A stretch of 64,000 bases of DNA from Methanobacteriota archaeon. Its GTDB lineage: Archaea > Thermoplasmatota > Thermoplasmata > Thermoplasmatales > ARK-15. Positions 27,170 through 37,418 of the stretch are shown here, one piece after another. The notes under the pieces are model-generated. The model saw nothing but the letters and a program-made list of their open reading frames with translations. It was not told the origin of the DNA and made no database searches. The stretch is from contig WSBC01000032.1 of NCBI GenBank assembly GCA_009758405.1, forward strand, positions 3,136 through 67,135, in the 5' to 3' direction. The position numbers and the translations under genes are program-made. Position 1 is the first letter of the stretch, and each line of letters begins with the position of its first letter.

Positions 27170-27339
27170 AATTCAGACATTCCTTCAAACTCCTCCTCCA
27201 ACTCAAGCATTACCTGGGAAAGAAGGTCATCGAAGGTATCTCCCCTGTATTCCCTTAAACCACCAATGTCACTATTGATCTTTGCCACATACTTTTTTCC
27301 ATCCATAAAAAACTCAATTGTACAGAGCAGCTCCTCCAT
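27166..27339 (-). CDS. Unlisted 57-aa acidic protein (possible HicB/UPF0150-like fold)
   Basis: Hand translation gives MEELLCTIEFFMDGKKYVAKINSDIGGLREYRGDTFDDLLSQVMLELEEEFEGMSEL*. GGTGAT Shine-Dalgarno lies 5 nt upstream of the ATG, and the stop overlaps the downstream start (ATGA). Confidence 0.5.
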   Translation of the reverse strand: MEELLCTIEFFMDGKKYVAKINSDIGGLREYRGDTFDDLLSQVMLELEEEFEGMSEL

Positions 27340-27568
27340 ACTTTATCACCGCAATAAGCCTTATTAACTAGAGATATTTAATTTTTTGTATTAATTTTTA
27401 TCATTGATGCTTTATATTAAATAAAAATTTTTAAATACAAATTAAATATATCAATAGTATGCCTAAAGAAAAATTATTTACACGAATACATATAAAATGC
27501 CCAATATTCAGATTTTTTAACGAAAGATACCTAAAAAAAGTAAGATTAAAAATTAAAAAATGATATCT

Positions 27569-28486
27569 CTATTTTTCCCTTAAGTCAGGTATAATCTTTA
27601 TTTTTAATTCCATATTTTTTCTGATTAAGCTAATTTCTGAACTACCTTTATCCATTGATGTTTCAAGCTTATACCTAAGGTCTTCAATGCCAATAATTTC
27701 CTTTCCATCAAGTTTAATGATTATGTCTCCCATTTTTAATCCAGCTCTTTCAGCGGCACTTCCTGGTAAAATATTGACAATCAATACTCCATAATTTACA
27801 GGGAGATTATAATAACTTGCCAGATTATCATTAATTGTGACTCCATTGATTCCAAGTGTAGGTCTTACTATCTTTCCATATTTTTGAAGAGAATTGAGTA
27901 GTATTTTTAAAGTATTTATGGGTATTGCAAATCCAATACCCTGAACATTTGCAATTATGGCTGAAGTAATTCCAACAATCTCACCTCTCATATTTACCAG
28001 AGGTCCCCCACTGTTACCCGGGTTTATAGCTGCATCTGTCTGAATTAGATCCTCATAAATTGTTTCACCTGCATATATCATTCTTCTTAAGGCACTAACA
28101 ATTCCGAATGTGACTGTAGGTGTTCCAAGAACACCAAGGGGATTACCAATTGCAAGTACCATTTCTCCTACCTTTAGCTTATCAGAATCCCCAAGTGGTA
28201 ATGGATCTATATCAAGTCCTTCAACCTTAATAAATGAAAGATCAAGTGTTTTATCATAGTCATAAATTTTACCCTGAAAATTCTTTCCCTTTGTCGTGGT
28301 AATAAAAACAACTTCGCTATCCTGTACAACATGATAATTCGTGGCTATTGTATCCTTGCAGATTACAAATCCTGATCCTGAACCCTGAAGCTCCTCCATT
28401 CTCATATATCTGTCAATGACTATTTTTTGTACATTTATGTTAACAACTCCATCAATTACCTTTTCGACAACTTCCTCTGTGTTCAT
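27569..28486 (-). CDS. htrA: HtrA/DegP-family serine protease with PDZ domain
   Basis: Catalytic triad context TNYHVV, D...L, GNSGGPLVN. C-terminal PDZ (GSAAERAGLKMGDIIIKLDG). Confidence 0.9.
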   Translation of the reverse strand: MNTEEVVEKVIDGVVNINVQKIVIDRYMRMEELQGSGSGFVICKDTIATNYHVVQDSEVVFITTTKGKNFQGKIYDYDKTLDLSFIKVEGLDIDPLPLGDSDKLKVGEMVLAIGNPLGVLGTPTVTFGIVSALRRMIYAGETIYEDLIQTDAAINPGNSGGPLVNMRGEIVGITSAIIANVQGIGFAIPINTLKILLNSLQKYGKIVRPTLGINGVTINDNLASYYNLPVNYGVLIVNILPGSAAERAGLKMGDIIIKLDGKEIIGIEDLRYKLETSMDKGSSEISLIRKNMELKIKIIPDLREK

Positions 28487-28540
28487 ATTTAAAGTACAGC
28501 AAAATTTTTATTTAAACTTATTTTTACATATTGGATAAAT

Positions 28541-29233
28541 ATGGGAACATTAAAATTATATCTGGATGATCCATATTTGATAGAATTTGAATCTAATGTA
28601 ATGGAATATAATGGAAAAATTCTTGTTCTGGAAAGGACAGCCTTTTATCCGGAGGGCGGAGGTCAGCCTTGTGATACAGGTAAGATATTAGGAAATAGGG
28701 AATACAATGTAATTAAGGTATTTAAAGAGGGAGATATTGTTTATCATGAACTTGATTCTGAATTTTTGGGCGAAAAAAATGTAAGGGGAGTAATTGACTG
28801 GGAAAAAAGATACCTTCACATGAGACATCATACAGCAATCCATATTTTAAGTGGAATACTATTCAAGGATTATGGCGCAAGGATCACTGGATCACAGATA
28901 TATACAGACAAAGCAAGAATGGATATAAATTATGAGCTCAGTAAAGATAAGCTTCCTGAGATAGAGGCAAAGGCAAATGATATAGTAAAAAAAGGACTTG
29001 ATGTAGTATGGTATTACATAGATAGAAAGGATTTTAAGGAAGATATGGTGAGAATAAGGGAGGATCTTTTGCCAGGTGATGAAAAGTTAAGAATAGTTGA
29101 AATAAAAGGTTTTGATCTTCAGGCTGATGGAGGAACGCACGTTAAAAACACCGCAGAGGTGGGTACAATTAAAATATCAAAATATGAGAATAAGGGAAAA
29201 ATGAACAAAAGGATCTACATAAACCTATTGTGA
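28541..29233 (+). CDS. alaX: Alanyl-tRNA editing protein AlaX (AlaX-M type)
   Basis: Zn/editing motifs HTAIHIL and DGGTHV. N-terminal RIFT-like domain. 230 aa. Confidence 0.85.
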   Translation: MGTLKLYLDDPYLIEFESNVMEYNGKILVLERTAFYPEGGGQPCDTGKILGNREYNVIKVFKEGDIVYHELDSEFLGEKNVRGVIDWEKRYLHMRHHTAIHILSGILFKDYGARITGSQIYTDKARMDINYELSKDKLPEIEAKANDIVKKGLDVVWYYIDRKDFKEDMVRIREDLLPGDEKLRIVEIKGFDLQADGGTHVKNTAEVGTIKISKYENKGKMNKRIYINLL

Positions 29234-30291
29234 AAAAACCCCTTCCTTTCTGGCTCATTGTCAAGCTGCATTAAGAGTTCTCTTTGTCTCTGTGTGAGGT
29301 TTTTTGGTATTGTCACATTAATCCTTACAAATAAATCCCCATATCCGTGGGAATTTAACCTGGGCATACCCTTTCCCCTTATCTTTATCATTTCACCTGG
29401 TTGTGTTCCAGGTGAAATCTTTACGTTCAGTCTCTCCCCTGATATATGCTCTAGGGGTATTTCAGTACCTAGAGCTGCCTTTGTAAAGGGTATGCTTACT
29501 TCAGTATAAAGGTCGTCCCCCTCCCTTCTAAATCTGCTATCCTCCCTTATTCTTACTAAAATAATAAGATCACCATCGTTTCCTGTACCTTTCCCCCTCA
29601 CCCTTAATCTAGTACCATTTTCAACTCCCTTAGGAACTTTTACTTCTATGTTTTCCTTTATTATAATCCTTCCCTTTCCCTTGCACCTTGGGCACTTTTC
29701 TTCAATTATATAGCCCTTTCCATTACAGGTGGGACATGGCTGAACAGTGACATACTGCATAAACCCCATATTCCTTACATTCCTTACCTGGCCCGTTCCA
29801 TTACAGGTTGGACATTTCTTAGTTTTACCATCCTTCGCACCCGTCCCCTTGCATTCAGGGCATGTTGTTTCCCTTTCATAAACAACATTTTTTTCACCAC
29901 CAAAGTATGCATCCTTCAAATCAAGATCCATTGTAATGTATATGTTCCTGTCCCTTTCTTCCCTGAAGAATGATCCAAAACCCATATCTTTGAAAAATTG
30001 GTTAAAAAGATCCTGTAGATCATCGAAGTGCGTAAAATTGCTCCAATCAAACCCTTGGGGCCCAAATTTTACACCTTCAGCACCATATTGATCATAAATC
30101 CTCCTTTTTTCATCATCCATTAAGACTTCATAGGCCTCACTTATTTCCTTGAATTTCTCTTCATATTCTTTCCTGTTTTCAGGATGTAGATCCGGGTGAT
30201 ACTTTTTGGCAAGTTCTCTGTATGCCCTCTTAATTTCCTCCTTAGTTGCGTTTCTGCTTACGCCAAGAATGCTATAATAATCCTTATCCAT
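29215..30291 (-). CDS. dnaJ: Chaperone DnaJ
   Basis: J domain (DYYSILGV...KKYHPD) and four CxxCxGxG zinc repeats ([32 protein letters not shown]). Confidence 0.95.
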   Translation of the reverse strand: MDKDYYSILGVSRNATKEEIKRAYRELAKKYHPDLHPENRKEYEEKFKEISEAYEVLMDDEKRRIYDQYGAEGVKFGPQGFDWSNFTHFDDLQDLFNQFFKDMGFGSFFREERDRNIYITMDLDLKDAYFGGEKNVVYERETTCPECKGTGAKDGKTKKCPTCNGTGQVRNVRNMGFMQYVTVQPCPTCNGKGYIIEEKCPRCKGKGRIIIKENIEVKVPKGVENGTRLRVRGKGTGNDGDLIILVRIREDSRFRREGDDLYTEVSIPFTKAALGTEIPLEHISGERLNVKISPGTQPGEMIKIRGKGMPRLNSHGYGDLFVRINVTIPKNLTQRQRELLMQLDNEPERKGFFHNRFM

Positions 30292-30307
30292 TCCCTTTAT
30301 TCACCGC

Positions 30308-32113
30308 TCATTCCTTTTTTTCCTTGTAGTCCGTATCAACAAAGTCTTTACCCTGCTCCTTTTGACCTACATTTTTATACATTGAGGCCCCAAGGCTCTG
30401 TATTATGTTTTCAAGTTCCTTCATCTTTTCCTTTATTTTATCAATCTCCTTTGAGGAGATCAATTGCCTTAATTCCCCTATAACACCCTGAGCCTTTTCC
30501 ACCTCCTCCTTTGGCAGTTTTTCCCTGTACTCATTAATGAATTTTTCAGAGCTATAAACAAGGCTTTCCGCGTTATTGAGAGTTTCTATCTCCTCCTTTT
30601 TCTTTCTGTCCTGCTCTGCAAACTGTTCTGCCTCCTTTTTCATCTTTTCTATCTGCTCCTTTGAAAGCTTTGTAGATGATGTTATAGTTATGCTATTCTG
30701 TTTACCTGTTGCAAGGTCTTTTGCAGTTACATTAAGAATGCCGTTTGCATCAATGTCAAATGTTACTTCTATTTGGGGCACACCCCTCGGGGCTGGAGGA
30801 ATTCCTTCGAGGTTGAACATTCCAAGAGAGACATTATCCTTTGCAAGGGGTCTTTCACCCTGAACAACATGGATTGTAACTACTGTCTGAAAATCCGCAG
30901 CAGTGGTGAAAATCTGCGATTTTCTTGTTGGAATTGTAGTATTGGCAGGAATGATTGGTGTTGCAATGCCTCCCAGTGTTTCTACACTCAGTGTGAGTGG
31001 TGTAACATCTAGAAGCACAATATCTTTTATTTCCCCTGCAAGTACAGCACCCTCTATTGCTGCCCCTATGGCAACACATTCCATGGGATCAACGCCCCTT
31101 TCAATCTTTTTTCCAAAGTAATTCTCAACATATCTCTGAACTATTGGCATTCTAGTTGGACCACCTACAAGTATTATTTTATCAATATCTTCCTTTGATA
31201 ATTTTGCTGCCTCAAGAGCCTTTTTTATAGATTCCCCTGTCCTCTCAACAAGAGGAGAAACGAGCTCTTCCAGCTTTGCTCTAGTGATAGTCATTACGAG
31301 GTGTTTTGGACCTTCAGGTGTTGAGGTAATATATGGTAAATTTATCTCTGTCTGAAGTGAAGTGGATAGCTCAATTTTTGCCTTTTCTGCAGCATCCCTG
31401 AGTCTAATGTATGCATTCTTATCATTCCTTAGATCTATACCCTCCTGTTTCTTAAATTCATCAGCTATGTAATTTATTAGGGCGTTGTCCATATCAGTTC
31501 CGCCAAGTTGAGTATCGCCCGATGTGGAAAGTACCTGGAAAACGCCGTTTCCAAATTCCATTACAGTAACATCAAGAGTACCTCCGCCAAAATCGTAAAC
31601 TAAAATCTTCTGCTCCTTCTCCGATTTATCAATACCATATGCAAGAGAAGCAGCTGTAGGCTCATTAATTATCCTTACCACCTCTAAACCAGCAATTGTT
31701 CCTGCATCTTTTGTAGCCTGTCTTTGATTATCATTAAAATATGCAGGAACAGTAATAACAGCCTTAGTAATCTTTTCACCGAGAAATGCCTCTGCATCTC
31801 TCTTTATCTTTTGAAGTATGAATGCAGAAATCTGTTGAGGCGTGTATTCTTTTCCAAATATTTTATATTTGTAATCAGTACCCATCTTTCTCTTAGCAGC
31901 GTAAACAGTGCCCTCTGGATTCAACAATGCCTGTCTTCTTGCAGGTTCTCCCACCAGTAATTGCCCATCCTTTGTAAATGCAACATAGCTGGGAAATGCC
32001 TTTCCTCCCAATGTAGTTCCCTCTGCACTGGGGATTACAACAGGTTTACCCGATATTACTACTGCTGCAGCCGAATTGCTTGTCCCAAGATCGATACCAA
32101 TTATTTTTTCCAT
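30308..32113 (-). CDS. dnaK: Chaperone DnaK (Hsp70)
   Basis: [19 protein letters not shown] and VGGPTRMP signatures. 601 aa. Confidence 0.98.
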   Translation of the reverse strand: MEKIIGIDLGTSNSAAAVVISGKPVVIPSAEGTTLGGKAFPSYVAFTKDGQLLVGEPARRQALLNPEGTVYAAKRKMGTDYKYKIFGKEYTPQQISAFILQKIKRDAEAFLGEKITKAVITVPAYFNDNQRQATKDAGTIAGLEVVRIINEPTAASLAYGIDKSEKEQKILVYDFGGGTLDVTVMEFGNGVFQVLSTSGDTQLGGTDMDNALINYIADEFKKQEGIDLRNDKNAYIRLRDAAEKAKIELSTSLQTEINLPYITSTPEGPKHLVMTITRAKLEELVSPLVERTGESIKKALEAAKLSKEDIDKIILVGGPTRMPIVQRYVENYFGKKIERGVDPMECVAIGAAIEGAVLAGEIKDIVLLDVTPLTLSVETLGGIATPIIPANTTIPTRKSQIFTTAADFQTVVTIHVVQGERPLAKDNVSLGMFNLEGIPPAPRGVPQIEVTFDIDANGILNVTAKDLATGKQNSITITSSTKLSKEQIEKMKKEAEQFAEQDRKKKEEIETLNNAESLVYSSEKFINEYREKLPKEEVEKAQGVIGELRQLISSKEIDKIKEKMKELENIIQSLGASMYKNVGQKEQGKDFVDTDYKEKKE

Positions 32114-32119
32114 ATTTTA

Positions 32120-32638
32120 TCACCTCTTTCTTACCACCTTTACCCTTGAAGGTCTTATTACCTTACCATTAAGCATATATCCCCTTGCAAATTCCTCCAC
32201 CACTATATTTTCCTTATCCCCATCCTCCACCACTATAGCCTCATGAAGATATGGATCAAATTTTTTACCCACAGAGTCTATTATCTCAAGACCATACTTT
32301 TGCATTGTTGAAAGGAAATGATCATGTATTATTTTAAGTGATTCATAAAGGGCCTTGTCCTTTTTTATCGCATCATTCATTGCCCTTTCAATGTTTTCTA
32401 AATCCTCGAGCAGGTCCTTTATAATCCTTTCATTCAATAGCTTCTCATATTCCTTCATATTTTTTTCCATATTTTTTTGATAGTTCTCGAAATCTGCCTG
32501 CATTCTAAGTATTCTATCCCAGTATGATTTATTCTTCTCATTCTCTTCCTTTAATTTTTTTTCGAGATCCTCTACCTTCCTTTTCTCTTCTTCCAACATA
32601 GACTCAAGTTCCTTTTTAGTAATATTCTTTTTTGTCAT
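32120..32638 (-). CDS. grpE: Nucleotide exchange factor GrpE
   Basis: Coiled-coil N-terminus, RMQADFENY motif, C-terminal beta domain (GYMLNGKVIRPSRV). Lies 6 nt upstream of dnaK. Confidence 0.9.
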   Translation of the reverse strand: MTKKNITKKELESMLEEEKRKVEDLEKKLKEENEKNKSYWDRILRMQADFENYQKNMEKNMKEYEKLLNERIIKDLLEDLENIERAMNDAIKKDKALYESLKIIHDHFLSTMQKYGLEIIDSVGKKFDPYLHEAIVVEDGDKENIVVEEFARGYMLNGKVIRPSRVKVVRKR

Positions 32639-32722
32639 TTGGCACCTTCAACAGGTATTTTATCTCTTCTATATAAGTGTTTCTAAACACCTGCAAAGTA
32701 TTTTAACCAAAAAAATATTATT

Positions 32723-33844
32723 ATGATGAAAATGGTAAACTGGACAAAGTTGTTACCCTATCTGATTGTATCTATTGGCCTGTATCAGATTACGGCAGGA
32801 TTGATATTTATAAATTTTCATTATGGATATACTTCCCCTGTACTTAAGAATATATCAGGCTATGGCAATGTTGTATCATTTTTCATAATAGTTTATGGAA
32901 TCTTTCTTCTATTTTTATTTAGGGGCCTAAAGAAAAAGACATGGACAAGCTGGTATATGGCAATTACATTTATATTTCTTTATTTCTTTACTTATTCTTT
33001 AAAAATAAGTAAATTCCTGCCAATGGATATTATAGGTATAGTAATTAGTGCACTAGCCTTAGTTATACTTTTAAAATACAGGAAAAAATACGTTTTTCCT
33101 CCAATAACTAAAATACCCAGGGAAAGCCTTGCCTCACTTGGTGTAATAGTTTTTACAATGCTATATGGGATTATAGGAACACTCATTCTCGGAACACAAT
33201 TCAATCCTCCTATAAAGAATGTAAATGATGCAATTTATTATACTGTTGAAGTAATGACCACCCTGGGCTTCGGTGATATACTTCCAGTAACAGATCTGAG
33301 TAGATTGTTCACATCATCTTTGGTAATTCTTGGTGTAGCATCATTTTTTGGTGCCGTTGCAACATTTTTTGGTCCAGTTATACAAAAAAGGGTAGAAAAT
33401 GTGGTGAATATTATGGAGACTGCTGAATTTTCCGGAATGAAGGATCATATAATTTTTTGCGGATATAATCCCATGATATCTTCTCTTATTAGGGAAATGA
33501 AGAAGAAGGAGATACCATTTATTTTGATTGTAAGGGATCAGGACAACGCAACATTCCTGAGAAATGATGGTTACATAGTTTTGAGGGAGAGGGCGGACAA
33601 TCCAGAGGCTCTAAAAAAGGCCGGAATTAAAAGGGCTAAAAAAGTATACATCTCTTCCTCTGATGATGGTTATAATTTAATGGTGGCACTAACATTAAAT
33701 AAGTTGAAAAAAGAACTAGGCTTAAGCTTAAAAATTTCAATTTTCCTAAATTCTTCGGCAAATATGGAAACTGTAAAGGATTTCGTTGATGAAATTATTG
33801 ATATTTCTGATATGATTAGGGAAAGAGTGATGGGAAATATTTAA
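32723..33844 (+). CDS. 6-TM potassium channel with C-terminal RCK/TrkA-N domain
   Basis: Selectivity filter TTLGFGD, followed by a Rossmann-like IIFCGYNPM RCK domain. Confidence 0.85.
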   Translation: MMKMVNWTKLLPYLIVSIGLYQITAGLIFINFHYGYTSPVLKNISGYGNVVSFFIIVYGIFLLFLFRGLKKKTWTSWYMAITFIFLYFFTYSLKISKFLPMDIIGIVISALALVILLKYRKKYVFPPITKIPRESLASLGVIVFTMLYGIIGTLILGTQFNPPIKNVNDAIYYTVEVMTTLGFGDILPVTDLSRLFTSSLVILGVASFFGAVATFFGPVIQKRVENVVNIMETAEFSGMKDHIIFCGYNPMISSLIREMKKKEIPFILIVRDQDNATFLRNDGYIVLRERADNPEALKKAGIKRAKKVYISSSDDGYNLMVALTLNKLKKELGLSLKISIFLNSSANMETVKDFVDEIIDISDMIRERVMGNI

Positions 33845-34338
33845 AATTCTATACCTTCTCTTGCCCCTACCCCTATATCAAAATAATGCTTTAATGGACA
33901 CATCTCTGTAACAAGATCTGAAATTTTAATAAGATCATCTTTGGCATATCTACCAGTGACAACAATCTCAAAATCATTCTTTAATCTCATCAGTGTTTCA
34001 ATTACATTGTTTAAATCAAGAAGGTTATAATAAAGTACAATATTTAACTCATCCAATATTATTAAATCGTAACCATCCTTTGACATCTCAATAAACTTTT
34101 CCCAGGCCTTCATTGCCTCTGTATAATCGCCTTCCCTGGGGCTCTTAATTATAAATCCTGGATACCCAAAATGAAATATATCTATTCCAATATCCCTTGC
34201 TATTTTGAATTCCCCCGATTCTTCTGGCTTTGCAAATTGTACAATGCCCACCTTTTTTCCCCTTCCCTTTGCCCTCATAGCCAAACCAAATGCTGCAGTG
34301 GTTTTACCTTTTCCATTTCCAGTATATACCTGTAACAT
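33841..34338 (-). CDS. cobO: Cob(I)yrinic acid a,c-diamide adenosyltransferase (CobA/CobO/BtuR type)
   Basis: YTGNGKGKTTAAFGLAMRA P-loop, VQFAK, ILDELN. Confidence 0.85.
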   Translation of the reverse strand: MLQVYTGNGKGKTTAAFGLAMRAKGRGKKVGIVQFAKPEESGEFKIARDIGIDIFHFGYPGFIIKSPREGDYTEAMKAWEKFIEMSKDGYDLIILDELNIVLYYNLLDLNNVIETLMRLKNDFEIVVTGRYAKDDLIKISDLVTEMCPLKHYFDIGVGAREGIEF

Positions 34339-34388
34339 AAAGATAGAAAAGGAAATTTATTTATAAAGATTGGTAATAATGAAATGAA

Positions 34389-35357
34389 ATGAGTATTATT
34401 GATCTTTTAGTTAGCTTTGCTGTAGTTTTCATAGCATCAATTTTATTTACAAACAGTATTGAATATATTTCCTCAAGATTAAAGTTTACAAAATCATTTA
34501 CAGGTACAATTATTTCACCATTTTTTAGCTCATTTCCTGAACTAATAGTGTTCATAATAGCGATTGCCTTCGTGGGTGGTAAAAGTGGTAATGAGGTAGC
34601 AATTGGTACAGTGTTAGGGGAACCATTCATTGTATCAACTGTTTCCTATTCCTTTATATTCGCTGTGATTATATTATCAATGTTTTTACATAAAAATTTT
34701 AATTTTAAAATAAATGTAGAAAAAAATTTATTTTTACCCTATCTCTTTATTACCATTCTTTTTTCTTCCCTTTTGATCCCGGCATATTTTGGTTCATTCC
34801 ATTTTGAAATAGGATTGATATTAATTTTATTTTATTTAATATACTTCTATTTAATTAGAAAATTGGAAGGTGAAGGTTTTGAAGAAGAGTTTGAAAAACC
34901 ATACCTTTCTTATTTCATGAATATAAATCTGTCCGTGATTATACAGCTCATAGTCTCATTCTCAATGCTATATTTTGGTTCAAAATTGCTTGTATCCTCT
35001 ATAATAGATATTTCTAATTCCTTGGGGATCAGCGCACTTACACTTTCAATAGTTATAGTACCTATAGCCACTGCCCTTCCTGAGACAATGATCTCTATGA
35101 TATGGGCATATAAAGGCAAATACTCCCTTGCAATATACTCTTTGATAGGTGAGATTATTCTTTGCTCCTCAATTTATCCTGGTATAGCACTTATATTCAT
35201 ACCTTGGTCATTGAATACAGGTGCTGTTGTGAGCATCATATCCACGGTTATTGTTTCATTTACATACCTAATCTCCTCAATAAGGGGAAAAATCCATGTT
35301 CTTACATTTATCCTTGGTCTCATATTCTTTTTTATTTATATATTTATTATTTTTTAA
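34389..35357 (+). CDS. Ca2+/cation antiporter (CaCA, Na+/Ca2+ exchanger family) membrane protein
   Basis: Two alpha-repeat-like segments (FFSSFPELIVFI..GTVLGEPF and IATALPETMISM). About 10 TM. Confidence 0.75.
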   Translation: MSIIDLLVSFAVVFIASILFTNSIEYISSRLKFTKSFTGTIISPFFSSFPELIVFIIAIAFVGGKSGNEVAIGTVLGEPFIVSTVSYSFIFAVIILSMFLHKNFNFKINVEKNLFLPYLFITILFSSLLIPAYFGSFHFEIGLILILFYLIYFYLIRKLEGEGFEEEFEKPYLSYFMNINLSVIIQLIVSFSMLYFGSKLLVSSIIDISNSLGISALTLSIVIVPIATALPETMISMIWAYKGKYSLAIYSLIGEIILCSSIYPGIALIFIPWSLNTGAVVSIISTVIVSFTYLISSIRGKIHVLTFILGLIFFFIYIFIIF

Positions 35358-35400
35358 AAAAAGGTAAAATATATTATAAGAATAGTGCATAACATAAAAT

Positions 35401-36855
35401 ATGGAAGAAATGGAAAAAATAGGCATAGTATTTGGAGATGTAAGTTCAAAGGAAATTCAGGTAACAATTACGGGCATTGTTGAGGAGGGGGAATTTGTCC
35501 AGGTATTTCATCAAACCTCCGGATGGATACTGGGAAGACTTGAAAGAATAGAAAGAAAAACCGATCTCTCCGTAGAAAAGGCATTACTTCTAAACGCTGG
35601 CGAGAATATTCAGATTCAGGAGGTGATGGTAGGTACAGTAAACATAGTTGGTTATAGAGATTCAAAGGGAATACTTCAGGTACCCAAGACTCCATTTAAG
35701 GCGGGTGAGCCAGTATATAGGGCAAAGGATTCTCTTATAAAGGATGTGATTGGAATTATTTCCTCTAAAAATAATGGAGCATATATTGGAATGTTATACA
35801 ATCACCAGATTCCAATATATCTGGACATAAATTATCTTGTCCAGAAACATGTTAGTATATTGGCCAAGACAGGTGGCGGTAAAAGCTATTTAACTGGAGT
35901 TTTAATAGAGGAATTTATAAAGAATGGTGTTACCACAGTTGTAATAGATCCACATGGTGAATATATATCACTGAAATATCCTGCACAATTTAGTAAACAA
36001 ATGGAGAAATTTTCGGTAACACCAAAAGGATATTCTGATAAAATTGTAGAATTTTCTCCAGACACTAAGGCAAATCCCGGAGCCAAACCCATAAAGTTCA
36101 CACTTTCACAGCTTACACCAAGAGAAATATTGAATTTAGTAGGGCTCACTGATTATAGACCTTATTTAGTTCCACTTCGGAAGGCCATAGATATATTAAA
36201 ATCAACCAAGGGTAACTACAGCATAAAGGATCTTATCTCCCAGCTTGATAAGTCAGAGGATTCTGCAACCGTATCCGCACTCATTAATGCACTTATGACC
36301 CTTGATGAGGTGGGGATTTTTTCTGAAATAGGAACAAAAATAGATGAAATAGTTCAAAAGGGTAAGGTATCCATAATAAATATGAAGGGTGTTTCCCCCG
36401 ACATTCAAGAAATGGTTGTTCAAAGACTTTCATTTGCCCTTTTTGAACTTAGAAAAAGGGATGCAGTGCCACCAATGATGCTAATAATTGAAGAGGCACA
36501 TAATTTCATACCACAGCAGGGTAAGGCACTTTCTTCCAGGATACTAAGAACAATAGCCTCTGAGGGGAGGAAGTTTGGCCTTGGTTTATGTATCATAAGT
36601 CAAAGGCCAGCTAAGGTTGATAAAAATGTTCTAAGTCAGTGCAATACGCAAATTATACTTAAGGTAACTAACCCGAATGACCTTAAAACAATTGGTGATT
36701 CTGTTGAGGGTCTTACAAGATCATCCCTGGAGGAGATACAAAGGTTACCAGTAGGTGTTGCACTTGTAACTGGCGCAAATATTTCTTTTCCTCTATTTGT
36801 AGAAATAAGGCCTAGGGAAACAGTCCATGGAGGTGAAGGAGTGAGGGTAGCATGA
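35401..36855 (+). CDS. HerA-like DUF87 ATPase (FtsK/HerA superfamily)
   Basis: N-terminal barrel region, Walker A ILAKTGGGKSYL, Walker B MMLIIEEAHNF, ISQRP motif. 484 aa. Confidence 0.8.
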   Translation: MEEMEKIGIVFGDVSSKEIQVTITGIVEEGEFVQVFHQTSGWILGRLERIERKTDLSVEKALLLNAGENIQIQEVMVGTVNIVGYRDSKGILQVPKTPFKAGEPVYRAKDSLIKDVIGIISSKNNGAYIGMLYNHQIPIYLDINYLVQKHVSILAKTGGGKSYLTGVLIEEFIKNGVTTVVIDPHGEYISLKYPAQFSKQMEKFSVTPKGYSDKIVEFSPDTKANPGAKPIKFTLSQLTPREILNLVGLTDYRPYLVPLRKAIDILKSTKGNYSIKDLISQLDKSEDSATVSALINALMTLDEVGIFSEIGTKIDEIVQKGKVSIINMKGVSPDIQEMVVQRLSFALFELRKRDAVPPMMLIIEEAHNFIPQQGKALSSRILRTIASEGRKFGLGLCIISQRPAKVDKNVLSQCNTQIILKVTNPNDLKTIGDSVEGLTRSSLEEIQRLPVGVALVTGANISFPLFVEIRPRETVHGGEGVRVA

Positions 36856-37139
36856 GAGAAATAACAGAAGAAAAGTTGAAAAAATATTTTGAAATAACCT
36901 CCAAGGCACTTGGAGAAATAAAAATATCTGTTCCTGAAAATTCACATTTAAGGAGGATTGCAGAGGATTTCCTTTCCATGGCCAAAAATTATTTTAAAGA
37001 TGCAAATTATTTTTACGAAAATGGTGATTATGTCAATGCTTTTGGTGCAATAAACTATTCACATGCCTGGCTGGATGCAGGTGCAAGAATGGGCCTTTTT
37101 GATGTTAAAAATCATGACCTTTTTACCCTTTTTCAATAA
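36852..37139 (+). CDS. DUF357-family small helical protein
   Basis: 95 aa. The AEDFLSMAKNYFKDANYFYENGDYVNAFGAINYSHAWLDAGARMGLFDV pattern matches DUF357. ATGA overlap with the herA-like stop. Confidence 0.65.
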   Translation: MREITEEKLKKYFEITSKALGEIKISVPENSHLRRIAEDFLSMAKNYFKDANYFYENGDYVNAFGAINYSHAWLDAGARMGLFDVKNHDLFTLFQ

Positions 37140-37393
37140 TATTTACTGTATTCAAAAATTAAGTCTATCAATCTTTTTGCCATTTCTTCATTTATTATAC
37201 CCTCATTCTTTATTTTAATTATGTAGTCCCTTGCCTCCCTTATATCCCTCTTGCTTGCCCTTGAATAAATGGCTCCAAAGATTGCACCCCTTGTATTCTC
37301 AGGAAGTGAGTTCAATGCCTCCTTCAATAAATATCTAAATTCTGTATTTCTTGACATATCAAGTTTCCTTTTTTTTGCTGGCTGTTTTTCCAT
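37133..37393 (-). CDS. Hypothetical small basic protein
   Basis: 86 aa. Lys-rich N-terminus (KKRKL) and a helical C-terminal part. I recognise no family. Confidence 0.45.
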   Translation of the reverse strand: MEKQPAKKRKLDMSRNTEFRYLLKEALNSLPENTRGAIFGAIYSRASKRDIREARDYIIKIKNEGIINEEMAKRLIDLIFEYSKYY

Positions 37394-37418
37394 TGAGACT
37401 TGTATCTTCAGTGAATGC

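Noticed and set aside
30576-32149. A series of 60-95-aa plus-strand ORFs, some Cys-rich, inside dnaK.
   Set aside because: They are antisense shadows of a strongly supported, codon-biased gene. They have low-complexity composition and no start signals.
32639-32722. A short inverted repeat (CAGGT ... ACCTG) in the grpE/K+-channel spacer as a heat-shock operator.
   Set aside because: Only 5 bp are complementary, with a long asymmetric spacer. This is not distinguishable from chance.
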